A model generated the notes under the pieces. That model was not told the DNA's origin and ran no database searches. It was given only the letters and a program-made list of their open reading frames with translations. Shown here piece by piece: positions 1-13,000 of a stretch of DNA of 64,000 nucleotides. The translations under genes were made by a program, and so were the position numbers. The first letter of the stretch is position 1. Each line of letters begins with the position of its first letter. Origin of the DNA: Auanema rhodensis. Lineage: Eukaryota; Animalia; Nematoda. The stretch spans positions 7,440,001 through 7,504,000 of the forward strand of contig OZ059900.1 of the NCBI GenBank assembly GCA_964057225.1. The letters run 5' to 3'.

Positions 1-3000
1 TTTTCTTCTAAAACGACTAAATGTATGAAATACTGTCATAGAATGTTCATATAGGTGTATTTTGCACGAATATCAAAACTGATTGAAATATGGGCCTTTT
101 TATGTTCAAAACGCCATATATTCAACGATTTTGGGTACAAAACATGTGAAAACTGTATGTTTTGATCAGACCCTTTGAGATATGGATTTGAAATTCAGGA
201 TTCATAAACTTTGACTATTTTTACATATATATGTCCAATTTTAACCACTTTGGTCAAAAAGGACCGAAAATATCAAGAATTATTGGTTTTTTGGGGGATT
301 GAAGGGCATTTTGGCAAAATCAGTCAAACTTTTGATCTTAAGCATATTTTTTTCTTCTAAAACGACTAAATGTATGAAATACTGTCATAGAATGTTCATA
401 TAGGTGTATTTTGCACGAATATCAAAACTGATTGAAATATGGGCCTTTTTATGCTCAAAACGCCATATATTCAACGATTTTGGGTACAAAACATGTGAAA
501 ACTGTATGTTTTGATCAGACCCTTCGAGATATGGATTTGAAATCCAGGATTCATAAACTTTGACTATTTTTACATATATATGTCCAATTTCAACCATTTT
601 GGTCAAAAAGGACCGAAAATATCAAGAATTATTGGTTTTTCTGGGATTGAAGGGCATTTTGGCAAAATCAGTCAAACTTTTGATCTTAAGCATATTTTTT
701 TCTTCTAAAACGACTAAATGTATGAAATACTGTCATAGAATGTTCATATAGGTGTATTTTGCACGAATATCAAAACTGATTGAAATATGGGCCTTTTTAT
801 GTTCAAAACGCCATATATTCAACGATTTTGGGTACAAAACATGTGAAAACTGTATGTTTTGATCAGACCCTTTGAGATATGGATTTGAAATTCAGGATTC
901 ATAAACTTTGACTATTTTTACATATATATGTCCAATTTTAACCACTTTGGTCAAAAAGGACCGAAAATATCAAGAATTATTGGTTTTTTGGGGATTGAAG
1001 GGCATTTTGGCAAAATCAGTCAAACTTTTGATCTTAAGCATATTTTTTTCTTCTAAAACGACTAAATGTATGAAATACTGTCAAAGAATGTTCATATAGG
1101 TGTATTTTGCACGAATATCAAAACTGATTGAAATATGGGCCTTTTTATGCTCAAAACGCCATATATTCAACGATTTTGGGTACAAAACATGTGAAAACTG
1201 TATGTTTTGATCAGACCCTTTGAGATATGGATTTGAAATTCAGGATTCATAAACTTAAACTATTTTCACATATATATGTTCAATTTTAATCACTTTGGTC
1301 AAAAAGGACCGAAAATATCAAGAATTATTGGTTTTTTGGGGTTTGAAGGACATTTTGGCTAAATCAGTCAAACTTTTGATCTTAAGCATATTTTTTTCTT
1401 CTAAAACGACTAAATGTATGAAATACTGTCATAGAATGTTCATATAGGTGTATTTTGCACGAATATCAAAACTGATTGAAATATGGGCCTTTTTATGCTC
1501 AAAACGCCATATATTCAACGATTTTGGGTACAAAACATGTGAAAACTGTATGTTTTGTTCAGACCCTTCGAGATATGGATTTGAAATCCAGGATTCATAA
1601 ACTTTGACTATTTTTACATATATATGTCCAATTTCAACCACTTTGGTCAAAAAGGACCGAAAATATCAAGAATTATTGGTTTTTCTGGGATTGAAGGGCA
1701 TTTTGGCAAAATCAGTCAAACTTTTGATCTTAAGCATATTTTTTTCTTCTAAAACGACTAAATGTATGAAATACTGTCATAGAATGTTCATATAGGTGTA
1801 TTTTGCACGAATATCAAAACTGATTGAAATATGGGCCTTTTTATGTTCAAAACGCCATATATTCAACGATTTTGGGTACAAAACATGTGAAAACTGTATG
1901 TTTTGATCAGACCCTTTGAGATATGGATTTGAAATTCAGGATTCATAAACTTTGACTATTTTTACATATATATGTCCAATTTTAACCACTTTGGTCAAAA
2001 AGGACCGAAAATATCAAGAATTATTGGTTTTTTGGGGATTGAAGGGCATTTTGGCAAAATCAGTCAAACTTTTGATCTTAAGCATATTTTTTTCTTCTAA
2101 AACGACTAAATGTATGAAATACTGTCATAGAATGTTCATATAGGTGTATTTTGCACGAATATCAAAACTGATTGAAATATGGGCCTTTTTATGCTCAAAA
2201 CGCCATATATTCAACGATTTTGGGTACAAAACATGTGAAAACTGTATGTTTTGATCAGACCCTTCGAGATATGGATTTGAAATCCAGGATTCATAAACTT
2301 TGACTATTTTTACATATATATGTCCAATTTCAACCACTTTGGTCAAAAAGGACCGAAAATATCAAGAATTATTGGTTTTTCTGGGATTGAAGGGCATTTT
2401 GGCAAAATCAGTCAAACTTTTGATCTTAAGCATATTTTTTTCTTCTAAAACGACTAAATGTATGAAATACTGTCATAGAATGTTCATATAGGTGTATTTT
2501 GCACGAATATCAAAACTGATTGAAATATGGGCCTTTTTATATTCAAAACGCCATATATTCAACGATTTTGGGTACAAAACATGTGAAAACTGTATGTTTT
2601 GATCAGACCCTTTGAGATATGGATTTGAAATTCAGGATTCATAAACTTTGACTATTTTTACATATATATGTCCAATTTTAACCACTTTGGTCAAAAAGGA
2701 CCGAAAATATCAAGAATTATTGGTTTTTTGGGGATTGAAGGGCATTTTGGCAAAATCAGTCAAACTTTTGATCTTAAGCATATTTTTTTCTTCTAAAACG
2801 ACTAAATGTATGAAATACTGTCATAGAATGTTCATATAGGTGTATTTTGCACGAATATCAAAACTGATTGAAATATGGGCCTTTTTATGCTCAAAACGCC
2901 ATATATTCAACGATTTTGGGTACAAAACATGTGAAAACTGTATGTTTTGATCAGACCCTTCGAGATATGGATTTGAAATCCAGGATTCATAAACTTTGAC

Positions 3001-6000
3001 TATTTTTACATATATATGTCCAATTTCAACCATTTTGGTCAAAAAGGACCGAAAATATCAAGAATTATTGGTTTTTCTGGGATTGAAGGGCATTTTGGCA
3101 AAATCAGTCAAACTTTTGATCTTAAGCATATTTTTTTCTTCTAAAACGACTAAATGTATGAAATACTGTCATAGAATGTTCATATAGGTGTATTTTGCAC
3201 GAATATCAAAACTGATTGAAATATGGGCCTTTTTATGTTCAAAACGCCATATATTCAACGATTTTGGGTACAAAACATGTGAAAACTGTATGTTTTGATC
3301 AGACCCTTTGAGATATGGATTTGAAATTCAGGATTCATAAACTTTGACTATTTTTACATATATATGTCCAATTTTAATCACTTTGGTCAAAAAGGACCGA
3401 AAATATCAAGAATTATTGGTTTTTTGGGGATTGAAGGGCATTTTGGCAAAATCAGTCAAACTTTTGATCTTAAGCATATTTTTTTCTTCTAAAACGACTA
3501 AATGTATGAAATACTGTCATAGAATGTTCATATAGGTGTATTTTGCACGAATATCAAAACTGATTGAAATATGGGCCTTTTTATGCTCAAAACGCCATAT
3601 ATTCAACGATTTTGGGTACAAAACATGTGAAAACTGTATGTTTTGATCAGACCCTTCGAGATATGGATTTGAAATCCAGGATTCATAAACTTTGACTATT
3701 TTTACATATATATGTCCAATTTCAACCATTTTGGTCAAAAAGGACCGAAAATATCAAGAATTATTGGTTTTTCTGGGATTGAAGGGCATTTTGGCAAAAT
3801 CAGTCAAACTTTTGATCTTAAGCATATTTTTTTCTTCTAAAACGACTAAATGTATGAAATACTGTCATAGAATGTTCATATAGGTGTATTTTGCACGAAT
3901 ATCAAAACTGATTGAAATATGGGCCTTTTTATGCTCAAAACGCCATATATTCAACGATTTTGGGTACAAAACATGTGAAAACTGTATGTTTTGATCAGAC
4001 CCTTCGAGATATGGATTTGAAATCCAGGATTCATAAACTTTGACTATTTTTACATATATATGTCCAATTTCAACCACTTTGGTCAAAAAGGACCGAAAAT
4101 ATCAAGAATTATTGGTTTTTCTGGGAGTGAAGGGCATTTTGGCAAAATCAGTCAAACTTTTGATCTTAAGCATATTTTTTTCTTCTAAAACGACTAAATG
4201 TATGAAATACTGTCATAGAATGTTCATATAGGTGTATTTTGCACGAATATCAAAACTGATTGAAATATGGGCCTTTTTATGTTCAAAACGCCATATATTC
4301 AACGATTTTGGGTACAAAACATGTGAAAACTGTATGTTTTGATCAGACCCTTTGAGATATGGATTTGAAATTCAGGATTCATAAACTTTGACTATTTTTA
4401 CATATATATGTCCAATTTTAACCACTTTGGTCAAAAAGGACCGAAAATATCAAGAATTATTGGTTTTTTGGGGGATTGAAGGGCATTTTGGCAAAATCAG
4501 TCAAACTTTTGATCTTAAGCATATTTTTTTCTTCTAAAACGACTAAATGTATGAAATACTGTCATAGAATGTTCATATAGGTGTATTTTGCACGAATATC
4601 AAAACTGATTGAAATATGGGCCTTTTTATGCTCAAAACGCCATATATTCAACGATTTTGGGTACAAAACATGTGAAAACTGTATGTTTTGATCAGACCCT
4701 TCGAGATATGGATTTGAAATCCAGGATTCATAAACTTTGACTATTTTTACATATATATGTCCAATTTCAACCATTTTGGTCAAAAAGGACCGAAAATATC
4801 AAGAATTATTGGTTTTTCTGGGATTGAAGGGCATTTTGGCAAAATCAGTCAAACTTTTGATCTTAAGCATATTTTTTTCTTCTAAAACGACTAAATGTAT
4901 GAAATACTGTCATAGAATGTTCATATAGGTGTATTTTGCACGAATATCAAAACTGATTGAAATATGGGCCTTTTTATGTTCAAAACGCCATATATTCAAC
5001 GATTTTGGGTACAAAACATGTGAAAACTGTATGTTTTGATCAGACCCTTTGAGATATGGATTTGAAATTCAGGATTCATAAACTTTGACTATTTTTACAT
5101 ATATATGTCCAATTTTAACCACTTTGGTCAAAAAGGACCGAAAATATCAAGAATTATTGGTTTTTTGGGGATTGAAGGGCATTTTGGCAAAATCAGTCAA
5201 ACTTTTGATCTTAAGCATATTTTTTTCTTCTAAAACGACTAAATGTATGAAATACTGTCATAGAATGTTCATATAGGTGTATTTTGCACGAATATCAAAA
5301 CTGATTGAAATATGGGCCTTTTTATGCTCAAAACGCCATATATTCAACGATTTTGGGTACAAAACATGTGAAAACTGTATGTTTTGATCAGACCCTTCGA
5401 GATATGGATTTGAAATCCAGGATTCATAAACTTTGACTATTTTCACATATATATGTCCAATTTCAACCATTTTGGTCAAAAAGGACCGAAAATATCAAGA
5501 ATTATTGGTTTTTCTGGGATTGAAGGGCATTTTGGCAAAATCAGTCAAACTTTTGATCTTAAGCATATTTTTTTCTTCTAAAACGACTAAATGTATGAAA
5601 TACTGTCATAGAATGTTCATATAGGTGTATTTTGCACGAATATCAAAACTGATTGAAATATGGGCCTTTTTATGTTCAAAACGCCATATATTCAACGATT
5701 TTGGGTACAAAACATGTGAAAACTGTATGTTTTGATCAGACCCTTTGAGATATGGATTTGAAATTCAGGATTCATAAACTTTGACTATTTTTACATATAT
5801 ATGTCCAATTTTAACCACTTTGGTCAAAAAGGACCGAAAATATCAAGAATTATTGGTTTTTTGGGGATTGAAGGGCATTTTGGCAAAATCAGTCAAACTT
5901 TTGATCTTAAGCATATTTTTTTCTTCTAAAACGACTAAATGTATGAAATACTGTCATAGAATGTTCATATAGGTGTATTTTGCACGAATATCAAAACTGA

Positions 6001-7020
6001 TTTAAATATGGGCCTTTTTATGCTCAAAACGCCATATATTCAACGATTTTGGGTACAAAACATGTGAAAACTGTATGTTTTGATCAGACCCTTTGAGATA
6101 TGGATTTGAAATTCAGGATTCATAAACTTTGACTATTTTCACATATATATGTTCAATTTTAACCACTTTGGTCAAAAAGGACCGAAAATATCAAGAATTA
6201 TTGGTTTTTTGGGGTTTGAAGGACATTTTGGCTAAATCAGTCAAACTTTTGATCTTAAGCATATTTTTTTCTTCTAAAACGACTAAATGTATGAAATACT
6301 GTCATAGAATGTTCATATAGGTGTATTTTGCACGAATATCAAAACTGATTGAAATATGGGCCTTTTTATGCTCAAAACGCCATATATTCAACGATTTTGG
6401 GTACAAAACATGTGAAAACTGTATGTTTTGATCAGACCCTTCGAGATATGGATTTGAAATCCAGGATTCATAAACTTTGACTATTTTTACATATATATGT
6501 CCAATTTCAACCACTTTGGTCAAAAAGGACCGAAAATATCAAGAATTATTGGTTTTTCTGGGATTGAAGGGCATTTTGGCAAAATCAGTCAAACTTTTGA
6601 TCTTAAGCATATTTTTTTCTTCTAAAACGACTAAATGTATGAAATACTGTCATAGAATGTTCATATAGGTGTATTTTGCACGAATATCAAAACTGATTGA
6701 AATATGGGCCTTTTTATGTTCAAAACGCCATATATTCAACGATTTTGGGTACAAAACATGTGAAAACTGTATGTTTTGATCAGACCCTTTGAGATATGGA
6801 TTTGAAATTCAGGATTCATAAACTTTGACTATTTTTACATATATATGTCCAATTTTAACCACTTTGGTCAAAAAGGACCGAAAATATCAAGAATTATTGG
6901 TTTTTTGGGGATTGAAGGGCATTTTGGCAAAATCAGTCAAACTTTTGATCTTAAGCATATTTTTTTCTTCTAAAACGACTAAATGTATGAAATACTGTCA
7001 TAGAATGTTCATATAGGTGT
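1..7020. repeat. A/B dimer (696-bp) higher-order repeat domain
   Basis: A monomers (anchors 560, 1604, 2300, 2996, 3692, 4040, 4737, 5433, 6477) mostly alternate with B monomers (211, 908, 1952, 2648, 3344, 4388, 5085, 5781, 6825). A third type occurs at 1256 and 6129. Confidence 0.85.
350..697. repeat. Representative 348-bp monomer (A-type variant)
   Basis: Runs from TTTTCTTCTAAAACG to ...CTTAAGCATATTT, and the next copy begins immediately. It carries the A-type alleles GCTC, TTCGAG, AATCCAGG, TTTCAACC and TTCTGGGA. Confidence 0.95.
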
Positions 7021-10000
7021 ATTTTGCACGAATATCAAAACTGATTGAAATATGGGCCTTTTTATGCTCAAAACGCCATATATTCAACGATTTTGGGTAC
7101 AAAACATGTGAAAACTGTATGTTTTGATCAGACCCTTTGAGATATGGATTTGAAATTCAGGATTCATAAACTTTGACTATTTTTACATATATATGTTCAA
7201 TTTTAACCACTTTGGTAAAAAAGGACCGAAAATATCAAGAATTATTGGTTTTTTGGGGTTTGAAGGGCATTTTGGCTAAATCAGTCAAACTTTTGATCTT
7301 AAGCATATTTTTTTCTTCTAAAACGACTAAATGTATGAAATACTGTCATAGAATGTTCATATAGGTGTATTTTGCACGAATATCAAAACTAATTGAAATA
7401 TGGGCCTTTTTATGCTCAAAACGCCATATATTCAACGATTTTGGGTACAAAACATGTGAAAACTGTATGTTTTGATCAGACCCTTTGAGATATGGATTTG
7501 AAATTCAGGATTCATAAACTTCGACTATTTCTACATATATATGTCCAATTTTAACCACTTTGGTCAAAAAGGACCGAAAATATCAAGAATTATTGGTTTT
7601 TTGGGGTTTGAAGGGCATTTTGGCAAAATCAGTCAAACTTTTGATCTTAAGCATATTTTTTTCTTCTAAAACGACTAAATGTATGAAATACTGTCAAAGA
7701 TTGTTCGTATAGGTGTATTTTGCACGAATATCAAAACTGATTGAAATATGGGCCTTTTTATGCTCAAAACGCCATATACTCAACGATTTTGGGTACAAAA
7801 CATGTGAAAACTGTATGTTTTGATCAGACCCTTTGAGATATGGATTTGAAATTCAGGATTCATAAACTTCGACTATTTCTACATATATATGTCCAGATTT
7901 AACCACTTTGGTCAAAAAGGACCGAAAATATCAAGAATTATTGGTTTTTTGGGGTTTGAAGGGCATTTTGGCAAAATCAGTCAAACTTTTGATCTTAAGC
8001 ATATTTTTTTCTTCTAAAACGACTAAATGTATGAAATACTGTCATAGAATGTTCATATAGGTGTATTTTGCACGAATATCAAAACTGATTGAAATATGGG
8101 CCTTTTTATGTTCAAAACGCCATATATTCAACGATTTTGGGTACAAAACATGTGAAAACTGTATGTTTTCATCAGACCCTTTGAGATATGGATTTGAAAT
8201 TCAGGATTCATAAACTTTGACTATTTTTACATATATATGTCCAATTTTAACCACTTTGGTCAAAAAGGACCGAAAATATCAAGAATTATTGGTTTTTTGG
8301 GGATTGAAGGGCATTTTGGCAAAATCAGTCAAACTTTTGATCTTAAGCATATTTTTTTCTTCTAAAACGACTAAATGTATGAAATACTGTCATAGAATGT
8401 TCATATAGGTGTATTTTGCACGAATATCAAAACTGATTGAAATATGGGCCTTTTTATGCTCAAAACGCCATATATTCAACGATTTTGGGTACAAAACATG
8501 TGAAAACTGTATGTTTTGATCAGACCCTTTGAGATATGGATTTGAAATTCAGGATTCATAAACTTCGACTATTTCTACATATATATGTCCAATTTTAACC
8601 ACTTTGGTCAAAAAGGACCGAAAATATCAAGAATTATTGGTTTTTTGGGGTTTGAAGGGCATTTTGGCAAAATCAGTCAAACTTTTGATCTTAAGCATAT
8701 TTTTTTCTTCTAAAACGACTAAATGTATGAAATACTGTCAAAGAATGTTCATATAGGTGTATTTTGCACGAATATCAAAACTGATTGAAATATGGGCCTT
8801 TTTATGCTCAAAACGCCATATATTCAACGATTTTGGGTACAAAACATGTGAAAACTGTATGTTTTGATCAGACCCTTTGAGATATGGATTTGAAATTCAG
8901 GATTCATAAACTTTGACTATTTTTACATATATATTTTCAATTGTAACCACTTTGGTCAAAAAGGACCGAAAATATCAAGAATTATTGGTTTTTTGGGGTT
9001 TGAAGGGCATTTTGGCTAAATCAGTCAAACTTTTGATCTTAAGCATATTTTTTTCTTCTAAAACGACTAAATGTATGAAATACTGTCATAGAATGTTGAT
9101 ATAGGTGTATTTTGCACGAATATCAAAACTGATTGAAATATGGGCCTTTTTATGCTCAAAACGCCATATATTCAACGATTTTGGGTACAAAACATGTGAA
9201 AACTGTATGTTTTGATCAGACCCTTTGAGATATGGATTTGGAATTCAGGATTCATAAACTTTGACTATTTTTACATATATATGTTCAATTTTAACCACTT
9301 TGGTCAAAAAGGACCGAAAATATCAAGAATTATTGGTTTTTTGGGGTTTGAAGGGCATTTTGGCAAAATCAGTCAAACTTTTGATCTTAAGCATATTTTT
9401 TTCTTCTAAAACGACTAAATGTATGAAATACTGTCATAGAATGTTCATATAGGTGTATTTTGCACGAATATCAAAACTGATTGAAATATGGGCCTTTTTA
9501 TGTTCAAAACGGCATATATTCAACGATTTTGGGTACAAAACATGTGAAAACTGTATGTTTTGATCAGACCCTTTGAGATATGGATTTGGAATTCAGGATT
9601 CATAAACTTTGACTATTTTTACATATATATGTTCAATTTTAACCACTTTGGTCAAAAAGGACCGAAAATATCAAGAATTATTGGTTTTTTGGGGTTTGAA
9701 GGGCATTTTGGCAAAATCAGTCAAACTTTTGATCTTAAGCATATTTTTTTCTTCTAAAACGACTAAATGTATGAAATACTGTCATAGAATGTTCATATAG
9801 GTGTATTTTGCACGAATATCAAAACTGATTGAAATATGGGCCTTTTTATGCTCAAAACGCCATATATTCAACGATTTTGGGTACAAAACATGTGAAAACT
9901 GTATGTTTTGATCAGACCCTTTGAGATATGGATTTGAAATTCAGGATTCATAAACTTTGACTATTTCTACATATATATGTCCAATTTTAACCACTTTGGT

Positions 10001-13000
10001 CAAAAAGGACCGAAAATATCAAGAATTATTGGTTTTTTGGGGTTTGAAGGGCATTTTGGCAAAATCAGTCAAACTTTTGATCTTAAGCATATTTTTTTCT
10101 TCTAAAACGACTAAATGTATGAAATACTGCAAAGAATGTTCATATAGGTGTATTTTGCACGAATATCAAAACTGATTGAAATATGGGCCTTTTTATGCTC
10201 AAAACGCCATATATTCAACGATTTTGGGTACAAAACATGTGAAAACTGTATGTTTTGATCAGACCCTTTGAGATATGGATTTGAAATTCAGGATTCATAA
10301 ACTTTGACTATTTTTACATATATATGTTCAATTTTAACCACTTTGGTCAAAAAGGACCGAAAATATCAAGAATTATTGGTTTTTTGGGGTTTGAAGGGCA
10401 TTTTGGCTAAATCAATCAAACTTTTGATCTTAAGCATATTTTTTTCTTCTAAAACGACTAAATGTATGAAATACTGTCATAGAATGTTGATATAGGTGTA
10501 TTTTGCACGAATATCAAAACTGATTGAAATATGGGCCTTTTTATGCTCAAAACGCCATATATTCAACGATTTTGGGTACAAAACATGTGAAAACTGTATG
10601 TTTTGATCAGACCCTTCGAGATATGGATTTGAAATCCAGGATTCATAAACTTTGACTATTTTTACATATATATGTCCAATTTCAACCATTTTGGTCAAAA
10701 AGGACCGAAAATATCAAGAATTATTGGTTTTTTGGGGATTGAAGGGCATTTTTGGCAAAATCAGTCAAACTTTTGATCTTAAGCATATTTTTTTCTTCTA
10801 AAACGACTAAATGTATGAAATACTGTCATAGAATGTTCATATAGGTGTATTTTGCACGAATATCAAAACTGATTGAAATATGGGCCTTTTTATGCTCAAA
10901 ACGCCATATATTCAACGATTTTGGGTACAAAACATGTGAAAACTGTATGTTTTGATCAGACCCTTTGAGATATGGATTTGAAATTCAGGATTCATAAACT
11001 TTGACTATTTCTACATATATATGTCCAATTTTAACCACTTTGGTCAAAAAGGACCGAAAATATCAAGAATTATTGGTTTTTCGGGGTTTGAAGGGCATTT
11101 TGGCTAAATCAATCAAACTTTTGATCTTAAGCATATTTTTTTCTTCTAAAACGACTAAATGTATGAAATACTGTCAAAGAATGTTCATATAGGTGTATTT
11201 TGCACGAATATCAAAACTGATTGAAATATGGGCCTTTTTATGCTCAAAACGCCATATATTCAACGATTTTGGGTACAAAACATATGAAAACTGTATGTTT
11301 TGATCAGACCCTTTGAGAAATGGATTTGAAATTCAGGATTCATAAACTTTGACTATTTCTACATATATATGTCCAATTTTAACCACTTTGGTCAAAAAGG
11401 ACCGAAAATATCAAGAATTATTGGTTTTTTGGGGTTTGAAGGGCATTTTGGCAAAATCAGTCAAACTTTTGATCTTAAGCATATTTTTTTCTTCTAAAAC
11501 GACTAAATGTATGAAATACTGTCAAAGAATGTTCATATAGGTGTATTTTGCACGAATATCAAAACTGATTGAAATATGGGCCTTTTTATGCTCAAAACGC
11601 CATATATTCAACGATTTTGGGTACAAAACATGTGAAAACTGTATGTTTTGATCAGACCCTTTGAGATATGGATTTGAAATTCAGGTTTCATAAACTTTGA
11701 CTATTTTTACATATATATGTTCAATTTTAACCACTTTGGTCAAAAAGGACCGAAAATATCAAGAATTATTGGTTTTTTGGGGTTTGAAGGGCATTTTGGC
11801 TAAATCAATCAAACTTTTGATCTTAAGCATATTTTTTTCTTCTAAAACGACTAAATGTATGAAATACTGTCATAGAATGTTCATATAGGTGTATTTTGCA
11901 CGAATATCAAAACTGATTGAAATATGGGCCTTTTTATGCTCAAAACGCCATATATTCAACGATTTTGGGTACAAAACATGTGAAAACTGTATGTTTTGAT
12001 CAGACCCTTTGAGATATGGATTTGAAATTCAGGATTCATACACTTTGACTATTTTTACATATATATGTCCAATTTTAACCACTTTGGTCAAAAAGGACCG
12101 AAAATATCAAGAATTATTGGTTTTTTGGGGATTGAAGGGCATTTTGGCAAAATCAGTCAAACTTTTGATCTTAAGCATATTTTTTTCTTCTAAAACGACT
12201 AAATGTATGAAATACTGTCATAGAATGTTCATATAGGTGTATTTTGCACGAATATCAAAACTGATTGAAATATGGGCCTTTTTATGCTCAAAACGCCATA
12301 TATTCAACGATTTTGGGTACAAAACATGTGAAAACTGTATGTTTTGATCAGACCCTTTGAGATATGGATTTGAAATTCAGGATTCATAAACTTTGACTAT
12401 TTTTACATATATATGTTCAATTTTAACCACTTTGGTCAAGAAGGACCGAAAATATCAAGAATTATTGGTTTTTTGGGGTTTGAAGGGCATTTTGGCAAAA
12501 TCAGTCAAACTTTTGATCTTAAGCATATTTTTTTCTTCTAAAACGACTAAATGTATGAAATACTGTCATAGAATGTTTATATAAGTGTATTTTGCACGAA
12601 TATCAAAACTGATTGAAATATGGGCCTTTTTATGCTCAAAACGCCATATATTCAACGATTTTGGGTACAAAACATGTGAAAACTGTATGTTTTGATCAGA
12701 CCCTTTGAGATATGGATTTGAAATTCAGGATTCATAAACTTAAACTATTTTCACATATATATGTTCAATTTTAACCACTTTGGTCAAAAAGGACCGGAAA
12801 TATCAATAATTATTGGTTTTTTGGGGTTTGAAGGACATTTTGGCTAAATCAGTCAAACTTTTGATCTTAAGCATATTTTTTTCTTCTAAAACGACTAAAT
12901 GTATGAAATACTGTCATAGAATGTTCATATAGGTGTATTTTGCACGAATATCAAAACTGATTGAAATATGGGCCTTTTTATGCTCAAAACGCCATATATT

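Noticed and set aside
83-185. TTGAAATATGG / TTGAGATATGG match suggesting an ~87-92 bp sub-period
   Set aside because: It is one 11-bp near-match in AT-rich DNA that does not extend to the other quarters of the monomer.
523-537. CENP-B box-like TTCG....A in A monomers
   Set aside because: It lacks the essential CGGG end (reads TTCGAGATATGGATT).
1334-1344. Telomere-like TTTTGGGGTTT motif and possible G-quadruplex
   Set aside because: It is a single non-tandem occurrence per monomer and is polymorphic (GGGGA/GGGGT). The G-runs are too few and too dispersed for a canonical G4.
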